The notes under the pieces were generated by a model that ran no database searches, had not been told where the DNA came from, and saw only the letters and a list, made by a program, of their open reading frames with translations. Position numbers and translations under genes: made by a program. Shown here piece by piece: positions 38,316 to 47,100 of a stretch of DNA of 64,000 bases (the stretch's first letter is position 1; every line of letters starts with the position of its first letter). The DNA is from Opitutaceae bacterium (GTDB lineage Bacteria; Verrucomicrobiota; Verrucomicrobiia; Opitutales; Opitutaceae), in NCBI GenBank assembly GCA_016795565.1, contig JAEUGW010000017.1, positions 12,433 through 76,432 on the forward strand, written 5' to 3'.

Positions 38316-38398
38316 TGCCACCACGGAAGCAAAACACCGCCGAGCGTCAACTGCCGGGATATGGCCAGGCCGCATGGGGATGATGCTGCGCTATAGGC

Positions 38399-38665
38399 TC
38401 AGGTGAAGCCTGGGGGCAGGCACGGGGCGATGCGCTGCAGAATGGTGATGGTCGCGGGAAAGTCGTTTGGCAGCGTGGCATTGGCGGCATCGGTGGTGCG
38501 CCGCATGCGTTGGATAAGCGTCAAGTCGGCGAGTCCGGTCGTCGCGATCGCGAGGAAACGCTTCCGGTCGAAGTCGGAATGTTCCGCGGCGAGCAGGTCG
38601 GCCACCCGGCGGTAATACGCCGGGTTGAACATGGCCCGGAGTTCGAAGGGAGCGTCGGTGGCCAT
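38399..38665 (-). pseudogene. Probable truncated remnant of an AlkC/AlkD-type HEAT-repeat DNA alkylation repair protein
   Basis: The 88-aa ORF contains MFNPAYYRRVADLLAAEHSDFDRKRFLAIATTGLADLTLIQRMRRTTDAANATLPNDF. This resembles only the N-terminal part of the much longer family, judged from memory of the family pattern. Confidence 0.4.
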
Positions 38666-38672
38666 CGGGTAT

Positions 38673-38726
38673 TGTAGGGGCGTTCCTTGTGAACGCCCGC
38701 GGGCGGCGTCAAGCGCCGTCCCTACA
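38673..38726. repeat. GC-rich palindromic element (TGTAGGGGCG... / ...CGTCCCTACA)
   Basis: Inverted arms TGTAGGGGCGTTCCTTGTGAACGCC and GGCGTCAAGCGCCGTCCCTACA. The element overlaps the alaS stop codon by a few nt. Confidence 0.7.
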
Positions 38727-41388
38727 GCTTGAGGGCGTCAGCCAGCCTGGAGGCGTCACCGCCGCCGCCTTGGGCGTAGTCGGGCTTGCCGCCGCCCTTG
38801 CCGCCAAGCTTCGTGGCGAGGGCACCGATGAGCTTGCCGGCCGCCTGGCCGACCTTGATGGCTTCGGGCGAACAATAGGCGACGAGCGACACCTTGCCGT
38901 CCATGACCGCGCCGAGCTGGACGACGGCACCGGCACCGACCTTGTGCAGCACCTGGCTGCCGAGGGAACGCAGGGCATCGGTGTTGTCGGCGGTGACGAT
39001 GGCGGAGACCCACTTGAGGCCGTCCTTGGCGACGGCCGTGGTGGAAAGTTCCTCGGCGAGACCGGCGGAAGCCTTGGCCTCGAACGCCTTCAGCTTCTTC
39101 TCAAGTTCCTTCTGGTGGTTGAGGACGGACTCGAGCTTGGCGGCGACGTCGTGCGGGCCTGCGCCAAGGCGGGCGTTGACGGCCTTGAGGGCTTCTTCCT
39201 CGTGGACGACGAAATTGAGCGCGGCCTGGCCGGCGGCGGCCTCGATGCGGCGGGTGCCGGCGGCGATGGCCATCTCGGCGGTGATCTTGATGAGGCCGAT
39301 CTCGCCCGTGGTGGTCACGTGCGTGCCACCGCAGAGTTCCTTGGAATAGCCGCCGATGTCCACGAGGCGGACGAACTTGCCGTATTTGTCGCCGAAGAAG
39401 GCGAGGACATCATCCGGCTTTTTCGCGTATTCGATCTCGGCGGAGACCACCTTCGCGTTGTCGATGACCTTCTCGTTCACCATCTGCTCGACCTCGCGGA
39501 GCTGGGCGTGCGTGAGCTGCTCGAAGTGGGTGAAGTCGAAGCGGAGGCGGTCCGGCGTCTTGTGCGTGCCGAACTGGCGGACATGCGTGCCGAGCACCTT
39601 GCGCAGCGCCCAGTGGATGAGGTGCGCGGCGCTGTGATGGCGGTTGATGGCGCGGCGACGGTTGAAATCGATCTGGAGCGCAGCGGCGGCCCCGGCGGCG
39701 ACGGGGGTGTCCTTGGCTACCTTGTGCAGGTGACGGCCGGACTTGTCCTTCACGGTGTCGAGGATGTCCACCTTGGCGCCGTTGATGAGCGCATGGCCGG
39801 TGTCGCCGACCTGGCCGCCCATCTCGCCGTAGAACGGCGTCTGGTCGAACACGAGGTAGGTGTCCTTCTCGGTCTTCACGACATCCACGAGCTTGGCGTG
39901 GGTGGCGTGAGCGGCGTCGATCTCGTAGCCGGTGAACTTGGTTGCCTCGGCCGTAGCCTCGCCCTCTGTGGCGGCCACGATGACATCGGTCTTGCGCGCC
40001 GCGCGGCCGCGCTCGCGCTGCTTTTCCATTTCGGTCTCAAAGCCGGCAGAATCGACCGACAGGCCGCGCTCGGTGGCGAGCAGTTGGGTCATGTCCAGCG
40101 GGAAACCGTAGGTGTCGTAGAGTTCGAAGGCGGCGGCACCGGTGATGGAGCCGGCCGCAGCGGACTTGTTGAAAATCTGCAGGCCCTTGTCGAGCGTGCG
40201 GCCGAAGGACTCCTCCTCGGCGCGGATGGCCTTCTCGACCATGACGCGCTGCGTCTTGAGTTCGGGGAAGACGTCGCCGAGGGACTCGATGACGGGCGCG
40301 ACGAGCGCCGAGAAATCGCCCGTCTTCAGGCCGAGGTTCTTCTGACCATACATGATGCCGCGGCGGAGGATGCGGCGGATGACGTAGTTGCGGCCCTCGT
40401 TGCCGGGGAGGATGCCGTCGGCGATGGCGCAGGACACGCAGCGGGCGTGGTCGGCGAGGACCCGGAACGTCACGTCGAGGGTTTCTTGCTTATTAAGCAA
40501 GGAACGGGTTTCCGGCACGGTGCCGGTGTAGGCCTGGCCGGAGAGGGCGGCGATCTTGTCGAAGGTCGGCTGGAAGACGTCGGCGTTGTAGTTCGAGGGC
40601 TCGGCGGAGAAATCCTTGAAGCCCTTCGTCGTGGCGTGGATGCCGGCGACGCGCTCGAAGCCCATGCCGGTGTCCACGTGCTTGGCCGCGAGCGGCGCGA
40701 AGGTGCCGTCGGCGTTCGCGTTGAACTGGATGAAGACGTGGTTCCAGATCTCGATACAGCGCGGGCTCGAGCTGTTCACGAGCTTGCGGCCCTCGGCCTC
40801 GTCATCGGAGGGGAGGAGGTTGAAATGGATCTCGGAGCAGGGGCCGCAGGGGCCGGTGTCGCCCATCATCCAGAAATTGTCCTTCTTGTTGCCGTTGACG
40901 ATGTGGACGGCGGGATCGAGGCCTTCCTTTTTGAATATCTCGGCCCAGATCGCGCAGGCTTCCTCGTCGCGGTCAGCGGGGTCGCCCTTGGACTTGTCGG
41001 GATTGTAGATGGTGGCGAAGAGGCGCTTCGGCGGGATGCCCCAGACCTTGGTGAGCAGTTCCCAGCCCCACTGGATGGACTCCTTCTTGAAGTAGTCGCC
41101 GAAGGACCAGTTGCCCAGCATCTCGAACATCGTGTGGTGGTAGGTATCGAAGCCGACGTCCTCGAGGTCGTTGTGCTTGCCGCCGGCGCGGATGCACTTC
41201 TGGGTATCGGCCACGCGCTTCCACGGGGCGGCCTGGTCGCCGAGGAAGTAGGGCACGAACTGATTCATGCCGGCGTTCGTGAACAGCAGGTTCGGGGCGG
41301 TCGGCATCAGCGATGACGACGGCACGATGGCGTGCTGCTTGGACTTGAAGAAGTCGAGGAACGACTGGCGGATCTGGGCGGAGGTCAT
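38722..41388 (-). CDS. alaS: Alanine--tRNA ligase
   Basis: 888 aa with FTNAGMNQF and the editing-domain motifs HSAAHLIHWALR and CGGTH, plus a C-terminal DHHA1-like region. Confidence 0.97.
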   Translation of the reverse strand: MTSAQIRQSFLDFFKSKQHAIVPSSSLMPTAPNLLFTNAGMNQFVPYFLGDQAAPWKRVADTQKCIRAGGKHNDLEDVGFDTYHHTMFEMLGNWSFGDYFKKESIQWGWELLTKVWGIPPKRLFATIYNPDKSKGDPADRDEEACAIWAEIFKKEGLDPAVHIVNGNKKDNFWMMGDTGPCGPCSEIHFNLLPSDDEAEGRKLVNSSSPRCIEIWNHVFIQFNANADGTFAPLAAKHVDTGMGFERVAGIHATTKGFKDFSAEPSNYNADVFQPTFDKIAALSGQAYTGTVPETRSLLNKQETLDVTFRVLADHARCVSCAIADGILPGNEGRNYVIRRILRRGIMYGQKNLGLKTGDFSALVAPVIESLGDVFPELKTQRVMVEKAIRAEEESFGRTLDKGLQIFNKSAAAGSITGAAAFELYDTYGFPLDMTQLLATERGLSVDSAGFETEMEKQRERGRAARKTDVIVAATEGEATAEATKFTGYEIDAAHATHAKLVDVVKTEKDTYLVFDQTPFYGEMGGQVGDTGHALINGAKVDILDTVKDKSGRHLHKVAKDTPVAAGAAAALQIDFNRRRAINRHHSAAHLIHWALRKVLGTHVRQFGTHKTPDRLRFDFTHFEQLTHAQLREVEQMVNEKVIDNAKVVSAEIEYAKKPDDVLAFFGDKYGKFVRLVDIGGYSKELCGGTHVTTTGEIGLIKITAEMAIAAGTRRIEAAAGQAALNFVVHEEEALKAVNARLGAGPHDVAAKLESVLNHQKELEKKLKAFEAKASAGLAEELSTTAVAKDGLKWVSAIVTADNTDALRSLGSQVLHKVGAGAVVQLGAVMDGKVSLVAYCSPEAIKVGQAAGKLIGALATKLGGKGGGKPDYAQGGGGDASRLADALKL

Positions 41389-41489
41389 TATACGGAGGAC
41401 AGAGGACAGAAGTCAGCGGACAGACGGGGGGAAGGCAAGAACAGGAATTTACGTTTGCGGCCGGGGCACCGTCGGAGCATCTAGGCGCA

Positions 41490-42134
41490 GTGAAAATCCA
41501 CCTGCTGCCGTCCGGCCCGATCCAGACCATCGGTTACCTGTTGACCGAGCCCAAGCTGGGCGAGGCCGTGCTGGTGGACGCTCCCGGCGGCATCATGGCC
41601 CGTATCCAGCCCCTGCTCGAACAGGAGGGCTGCACGCTCAAGGAGCTCTGGCTGACGCACGGGCATTGGGACCACACGCAGGACGCGGCGAAGGTCGTGC
41701 GGGAGACCGGAGCGCAGGTGCTTGCCCATCGCGACGACCAGGTGCTTTACGAAAATCCCGCGATCATGGAGGAACGCCTCGGCCGCAAGCTCGGCCTGGA
41801 ACCGGTGCGCATCGATCGGTGGGTGGCGCAGGGGGACACCGTTCAGGCGCTCGGCCGCGAGTTTACCGTGCGCCACGTGCCGGGGCATTGTCCGGGCAAT
41901 ATCCTCTTTTACCAACCGGAGGCAAAGGCCGCCTTCGTGGGCGACGCGTTGTTCAAGGCCGGGGTCGGACGCTGGGACCTGCCCGGCGGCGATTTCGACA
42001 TGCTGGCGATGAGCATCCGCGAGCAGATCTATACGCTGCCGGACGACACCATCGTCTTTCCGGGGCACGGCCCGCGCACCTCGGTGGGCGCGGAGAAATC
42101 CGGCAATCCCTACGTGGCGGCGGTCGCACGATGA
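41490..42134 (+). CDS. MBL-fold metallo-hydrolase (glyoxalase II-like)
   Basis: Motifs LWLTHGHWDH, VPGHCPG and FPGHG. GTG start. Confidence 0.85.
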   Translation: MKIHLLPSGPIQTIGYLLTEPKLGEAVLVDAPGGIMARIQPLLEQEGCTLKELWLTHGHWDHTQDAAKVVRETGAQVLAHRDDQVLYENPAIMEERLGRKLGLEPVRIDRWVAQGDTVQALGREFTVRHVPGHCPGNILFYQPEAKAAFVGDALFKAGVGRWDLPGGDFDMLAMSIREQIYTLPDDTIVFPGHGPRTSVGAEKSGNPYVAAVAR

Positions 42135-43300
42135 ATCCGGGCGACCATGAGACGTTCATGCGCCGGGCGATCGACGCCGCGAAGCGGGGCTGGGGTGACA
42201 CCCATCCGAACCCGCTCGTCGGCGCCCTGATCGTGGAAAACGGCTTGGTGGCGGCCGAAGGCCACCACGCGCGTGCGGGCGAGGCCCACGCCGAGATCAA
42301 CGCCCTCCAGGCGCTCGGCCGGAAACCCGCACCCGGGGCGACGCTGTATGTGACGCTCGAGCCCTGCTGCACGCACGGCCGCACGCCCCCGTGCACCGAG
42401 GCCATAGCCAAGGCGGGCATCACGCGCGTGGTCGTCGGTGCCACCGACCCCAACCCGGCGCACGCCGGCAAGGGTTTCGATCTCCTGCGCGCCACCGGTG
42501 TCGAGGTCGTGCCCGGCGTGCTCGCCGACGACTGCGCCGACCTGAACCTGATCTTCAACCACTGGATCACCACCGGCCGGCCGCTGTTCGCGGCCAAGTC
42601 CGGCGTGACGCTCGACGGCAAGGTGGCGACCCGCACCGGCGACTCCCGCTGGATCACCGGGGAGCAGGCGCGCGCCGACGGGCACCGCTGGCGCCGGCTT
42701 TTCCCGGCCATCGCGGTCGGGGCCGGCACCGTGCGCGCCGACAATCCGCGCCTGACGGCGCGACTCGACGGCAAGGAATGGTGTCCCTGGCGCTTCGTCT
42801 TCGACGGCCTGCTCCGCACGGTGGCGGACAAGGCGATGCCCAATGTTTACACCGACGAGTTTCGCGAGCGCACCATCGTGGTGACCACGGTGCACGGCGG
42901 CATGGGCTACGTGCGGAAATTGCAGGCGCTGGGCGTCAAGACGTGGGTGCTGTCGGGGCAGTCGCCCAAGGTGGGCTTCGCGGACTTCCGCGCCCGCTGT
43001 GCCACCGAGGGCATCACCGGGGTATTTTTCGAGGGAGGCGCGCAGTTGTTGAGTGAAGCGCTGCAGGCGCGTGAACTCGACTACCTGTTCACCTATCACG
43101 CGCCGGTGCTCCTGGCGGATGAGAAGGGCAAGGGTCTCCTGCGCGGCCTGCGCACGGAGACTCTCGCCGACGCGATCCGCCTCACGCGGGTCCGCCATGA
43201 GGTGCTGGGCGATGATTCGCTGATGCGCGGTTTCGTGCAATACCCCGGGAAGATGTTTGTGGACGAGGCGACGTTTAGCAGGAAACTCTACGGCGAATGA
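42131..43300 (+). CDS. ribD: Bifunctional riboflavin biosynthesis deaminase/reductase
   Basis: The deaminase part has HAEINAL and PCCTHGRTPPC. The reductase part has TLDGKVATRTGDSRWITG. The ATGA overlaps the upstream stop. Confidence 0.92.
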   Translation: MNPGDHETFMRRAIDAAKRGWGDTHPNPLVGALIVENGLVAAEGHHARAGEAHAEINALQALGRKPAPGATLYVTLEPCCTHGRTPPCTEAIAKAGITRVVVGATDPNPAHAGKGFDLLRATGVEVVPGVLADDCADLNLIFNHWITTGRPLFAAKSGVTLDGKVATRTGDSRWITGEQARADGHRWRRLFPAIAVGAGTVRADNPRLTARLDGKEWCPWRFVFDGLLRTVADKAMPNVYTDEFRERTIVVTTVHGGMGYVRKLQALGVKTWVLSGQSPKVGFADFRARCATEGITGVFFEGGAQLLSEALQARELDYLFTYHAPVLLADEKGKGLLRGLRTETLADAIRLTRVRHEVLGDDSLMRGFVQYPGKMFVDEATFSRKLYGE

Positions 43301-43325
43301 GCAACTCCGAGAGATTTCACTCCCG

Positions 43326-43485
43326 GTTTGTCATTCTCGGGCTGGGCAGCAAGCCGCTAGGCTGGCGTGGGACTCGCCAATGAACATTCCGTGTCATTGT
43401 CATGCTGAGCGCAGCGAAGCATCCATCATGATATCCGCAGGCGGTCGTGCCGATGGATTCTTCGCTGCGCTCAGCATGACGGATT
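43326..43485. repeat. About 160-bp composite repeat unit that includes a family B palindrome
   Basis: This unit aligns by eye along most of its length with 63843..64000. The shared blocks are GTCATTC..GCAAGCCG..GGCTGGCGTGG..., then GTCATGCTGAGCG.AGCGA.GCATCCATC ... GATGGAT. The internal palindrome lies at 43399..43480. Confidence 0.8.
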
Positions 43486-43518
43486 GGGATGCTTAACGGG
43501 CCAGACGGCATCATTTCT

Positions 43519-44133
43519 GTGAGCCCAGTCATCACCATTCATCTGGCAACGGGCAACGCGCACAAGGTGCAGGAGATGCAGGCGCTGGCCGTGGCTTCAG
43601 CGCTGCCGCTGAACATCGTCGCGGCGGCGGGGATGCCACCCGTGACGGAGGACACCGGCACCTTCACGGGCAACGCCCGGAAAAAAGCCGCCGCGCTCAA
43701 GGCCGTGCTGCCTCCCGATGTCTGGGTGTTGGCGGACGACAGCGGGCTCTGTGTGGACGCGCTGGACGGAGCGCCCGGGGTGGAGTCGGCCTACTATGCC
43801 GGCCCGGCGGGCGACAGCGCGGCCAACCTGGCGAAACTGGTTGCCGTGATGCGGGCCGTGCCGCCGGGTCGGCGCGGGGCGCACTTCGCCTGTGTGCTGG
43901 TGCTGTTGGGACCCGGCGGGACGGAACAGGTGTTTGAGGGGCGCAGTCCGGGCACGCTGCGCGTGGAGCCGGCCGGTGGGTTGGGATTCGGCTATGATCC
44001 GCTTTTTGTCCCGGAGGGCTTTGACCGCACCTACGCGGAGCTTTCGGCGACCGAGAAAAACAAAGCCAGCCACCGCGGACGCGCGTGGCTGGCCTTGGCG
44101 GAGTGGTGGCGGCTTACGGTTATTATGGAATAG
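43519..44133 (+). CDS. rdgB: Non-canonical purine NTP pyrophosphatase (RdgB/HAM1 family)
   Basis: Motifs ATGNAHKVQE, ETG.TF..NA..KA, DDSGL.VDAL.G.PG..SA, GFGYDP.F and SHRG.A. The start is uncertain (GTG at 43519, or 43489). Confidence 0.85.
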   Translation: MSPVITIHLATGNAHKVQEMQALAVASALPLNIVAAAGMPPVTEDTGTFTGNARKKAAALKAVLPPDVWVLADDSGLCVDALDGAPGVESAYYAGPAGDSAANLAKLVAVMRAVPPGRRGAHFACVLVLLGPGGTEQVFEGRSPGTLRVEPAGGLGFGYDPLFVPEGFDRTYAELSATEKNKASHRGRAWLALAEWWRLTVIME

Positions 44134-47100
44134 CCGGGAGGCTCTCGATATAGGCCTTGCGGACAGCGTAGTCGGAGGAAGAAAGCTCGCGGAAACCGAG
44201 GCGATCCGCGCCGATGACGAGCGGCTCGAGCGGGATATCGTGCTCGGCGATTGTGAAGCCGTAATGCAGACCCCAGAAGCGGTTGGGCGCAGCATAGCAG
44301 CGGATATTCCAGGGCTCCATGGCCACGCGGCTTTCAAAGAGAGCGATCATGGAGCCACGAATGTAGAGGGAAGCATTGCTGCTGATGCTCGAGTCCATGT
44401 CGGAGTGCCAGTCTTCAATCAGGCGGGGAAAGTTGTGGGCTCCGCCACTGTATTGGGCATTGGCGGCGGCCAGGGGAGGCCGGTCAGTCAGGCCGTTGGC
44501 GTTGTGATTGCTGGGGATCATGCCCATGAGCAGCGCGGTGGAGAACTCTGTGGCGGCGGGCGGCGGTAATTTGGTCTTCCAGAGCGTAGCACCGCCGGTG
44601 CCGGGGGTGCTGCTCGTGGGCAGGGCACCCGGCTTGATGCCCGTGGCATCAGTGCCCAGGCCCTCGTATTGATTGGAGGAAGAGGGGGCCGCCGTGTCCC
44701 AGGTGCTGACCCAGCTGCTGTTGGTTATGCGAAAGGCGCTCACGGCGTCATTCCAGCCATTGGTCTGGAAATAAGGCGCGCTGGCATTGCTGTAGGTCGG
44801 TTGGGAAAGCAGCGTGATGGCGTCGGCCATGACGGAGGCCAGCTTTTCGTTCGCCGAATCGGGGTAGGTGGCGCTGAAGCCGCCGTAGAAATTGGGTGTG
44901 CCGGTGCCGGTGTCGCTGGTTGAGCTGTCGATCGTGCCGTCGGCATTGAAGTGGCCGATAATATAGGCGGCGTCGTTGGTCACAAAGGTAAACCCGGTCT
45001 TGGTCGCGGTGGTGTAAGTGGCGGCGGGTCCGCGGCCATTGATCAGACGCACACCGGAGTCAATTCGGTCGTTCTTGCCGGCGGTGATGGTCTGGGCGCG
45101 GCGCTCGGCATCGACCGAATGAATGTAGATCGCGACGCCGTCATACCAGGCGAGAGCGAGATCGGGGGCGGGGACGATGAGTGTGCGCGGATCTGCGGGG
45201 ACAAGGCCCGGGGTGCTGGGAGTGAGATACGCCGGCGTGTAGTAGAGCTGGAACGGATCGGGCCGGTTCATGTCCTCGGCGGTGCCGGTCGTCGGAAACA
45301 CTGTGTAGGAAAATGCGGCGGCCAGGTCGCTATCGGTGCCGAGGTCGAGGGTCGTAGGCACGCCGCCAGCGTTAAATATGGAGTTGGTCCAGTTGCCCGC
45401 CACCGGGGCGGCGGTGTTGTAGCCTGAGCTGGTGATGGCGCTGGAGACCACGCGGCTGAACATCATCTTGAAGCGGGCCATGTCGAAATCGATCTTGGCG
45501 ATCGCCCGGGGCTTGTAATTGGTGGTGGAACGCGCGGTGCCGCCGACGATGTTCGAGTTGTAGCCGACATTGCCGTTGGCCCGTCGTGCATCGAAGAAGT
45601 AGGCATCGGCTGGGTAGGGTTGCGTGGCATTCTCGGCCGGGAAGTTGTCCCCTGAACCACCAATGACGCTGTAGCCAGTGTAGGGCAGCGGGTCGACAGT
45701 GACGACAGTATTGTCTGCGACGGGGGCAGCCAGACCTGGAACAATGGTGATCACGCCGCCGTTAAGCGACGATGCGACCAGATATTTGTCCGAGCCGATA
45801 TGAAGGATGTTGCCTGCATGAATGGTGCCGACGCCAGTGTCCAGCACCAGGGTCTGGGCACCAGCGGGGTAACCGGCGGCGTTGTTGACAAAGTAATTCT
45901 TGCCTGTGCCCATGGCGCTGCTGTTCGCGTCGATGGTGACGGGGGCATTGTCAGCCGCGCCGGCAGCCGGGCGGATGCCGGGCGAGGCGATACCGATGGG
46001 ATAAACGGTGGCGGTGGTGGCGGGAGCCGCCACGGGGGCGCGGGTGACCAGATAGCGGTGGGGGTTAATGTAAACCATGTTCCCGGGCAGGATGGTCTTC
46101 GTGTCACCATCAAGGTTGAGGCTGGTGGCATTCTGCGCGGCGGCGCCGGCCATCACGAAAGTCGTGCCCGTGCCGCGGGCCGGGGGCGTGACAGTGACAA
46201 CCGCGTTGTCCGCCACCGCAACGGCGAGGCCGGGTTGGCAAAGTTTGAGCACTCCGCCCACAAGGTCGGCCTGCACCAGGTAACGGTAAGCGCCAATGGT
46301 CACCATCTCGCCGGCCCGGATGAGGCCGGTGCCGGTATCGACAGCGAGGTCGGTGGTGCCGGCCGCGTAGCCGCTGGCGTTGTTGACGAGGTAACCAGTT
46401 CCAAGGTTGTAGCCTTGCTGGACAGTGCGGACGACTTGGTTGGATCCCACCACTGTGCCCTCGGTGTAGCGGTTGGGCAGCACATTGTCATACATCGTGT
46501 CATCCGCCATGAGGGCGGGGGTGGTGCCGGGGGTGCTGCCTTGGTTCCAGCCATAGGAGGGCTGGCCGGGCAGGACGACTTCGCGAAGGGTATGCGTGCC
46601 GTCACCGTTGATGATGTTGAGCCACGAGCGGTAGGAGCGGGGCAAAATGGGCTGATCCGTGCCGTCGGGCAGTTTGCCGGTGCGGATGGTGTCGTCGGGG
46701 TTGACAACGATGTAGAGTCCAGCCTTGCGGGCGATTTTCAGCGCCTTGGTGGCATCATTGTCGCTCGTGACCTCCCAGAGTGCGGTGGAGTTATTCCATT
46801 TGTAGGGGTTCCGCGGCTCGATGAGCTGGCGGCCGCTATCGCGGTCGTCCTCAGGCGTGGTGGGGAGGTTGGTCTCATTGTAGGAACCGATGCCGGGAAG
46901 CTCCAGCTTGGAGACGCCGTGGACGTTGGTGCGGACATTGCCGCCGTAGGTCGTCGTGGCAAAGGTGCGGAACTGATTCTGGGTGGTAGTCGTCTCGGTT
47001 GCGGTGCCGTATTTTTGATCCCGCCACACGCCGCCGGAGGACTTCAGATTCACCCCGGCACCGGAAACGGGCTTGTAGAAAACGCCGCCGGTGCCCCCGG

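Noticed and set aside
38689-41316. 875-aa ORF on the plus strand
   Set aside because: It lies entirely antisense to alaS, whose motifs are unambiguous. The translation is a monotonous G/A/V/D/L/E-rich sequence with no motifs. This is the typical shadow ORF of high-GC DNA.
41397-41424. GGACAGA GGACAGA ... GGACAGA short direct repeats in the alaS / MBL-hydrolase divergent region
   Set aside because: There are only three 7-mers, two of them tandem. That is too short and too few to call a regulatory array or a CRISPR-like repeat. I note it only as a possible operator-like feature.
45689-46408. The internal repeats of the giant protein as a diversity-generating retroelement (template/variable repeat) target
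   Set aside because: The three modules are highly diverged at the DNA level. Their differences are not restricted to adenine positions, and no reverse transcriptase or near-identical template repeat is present in the window.
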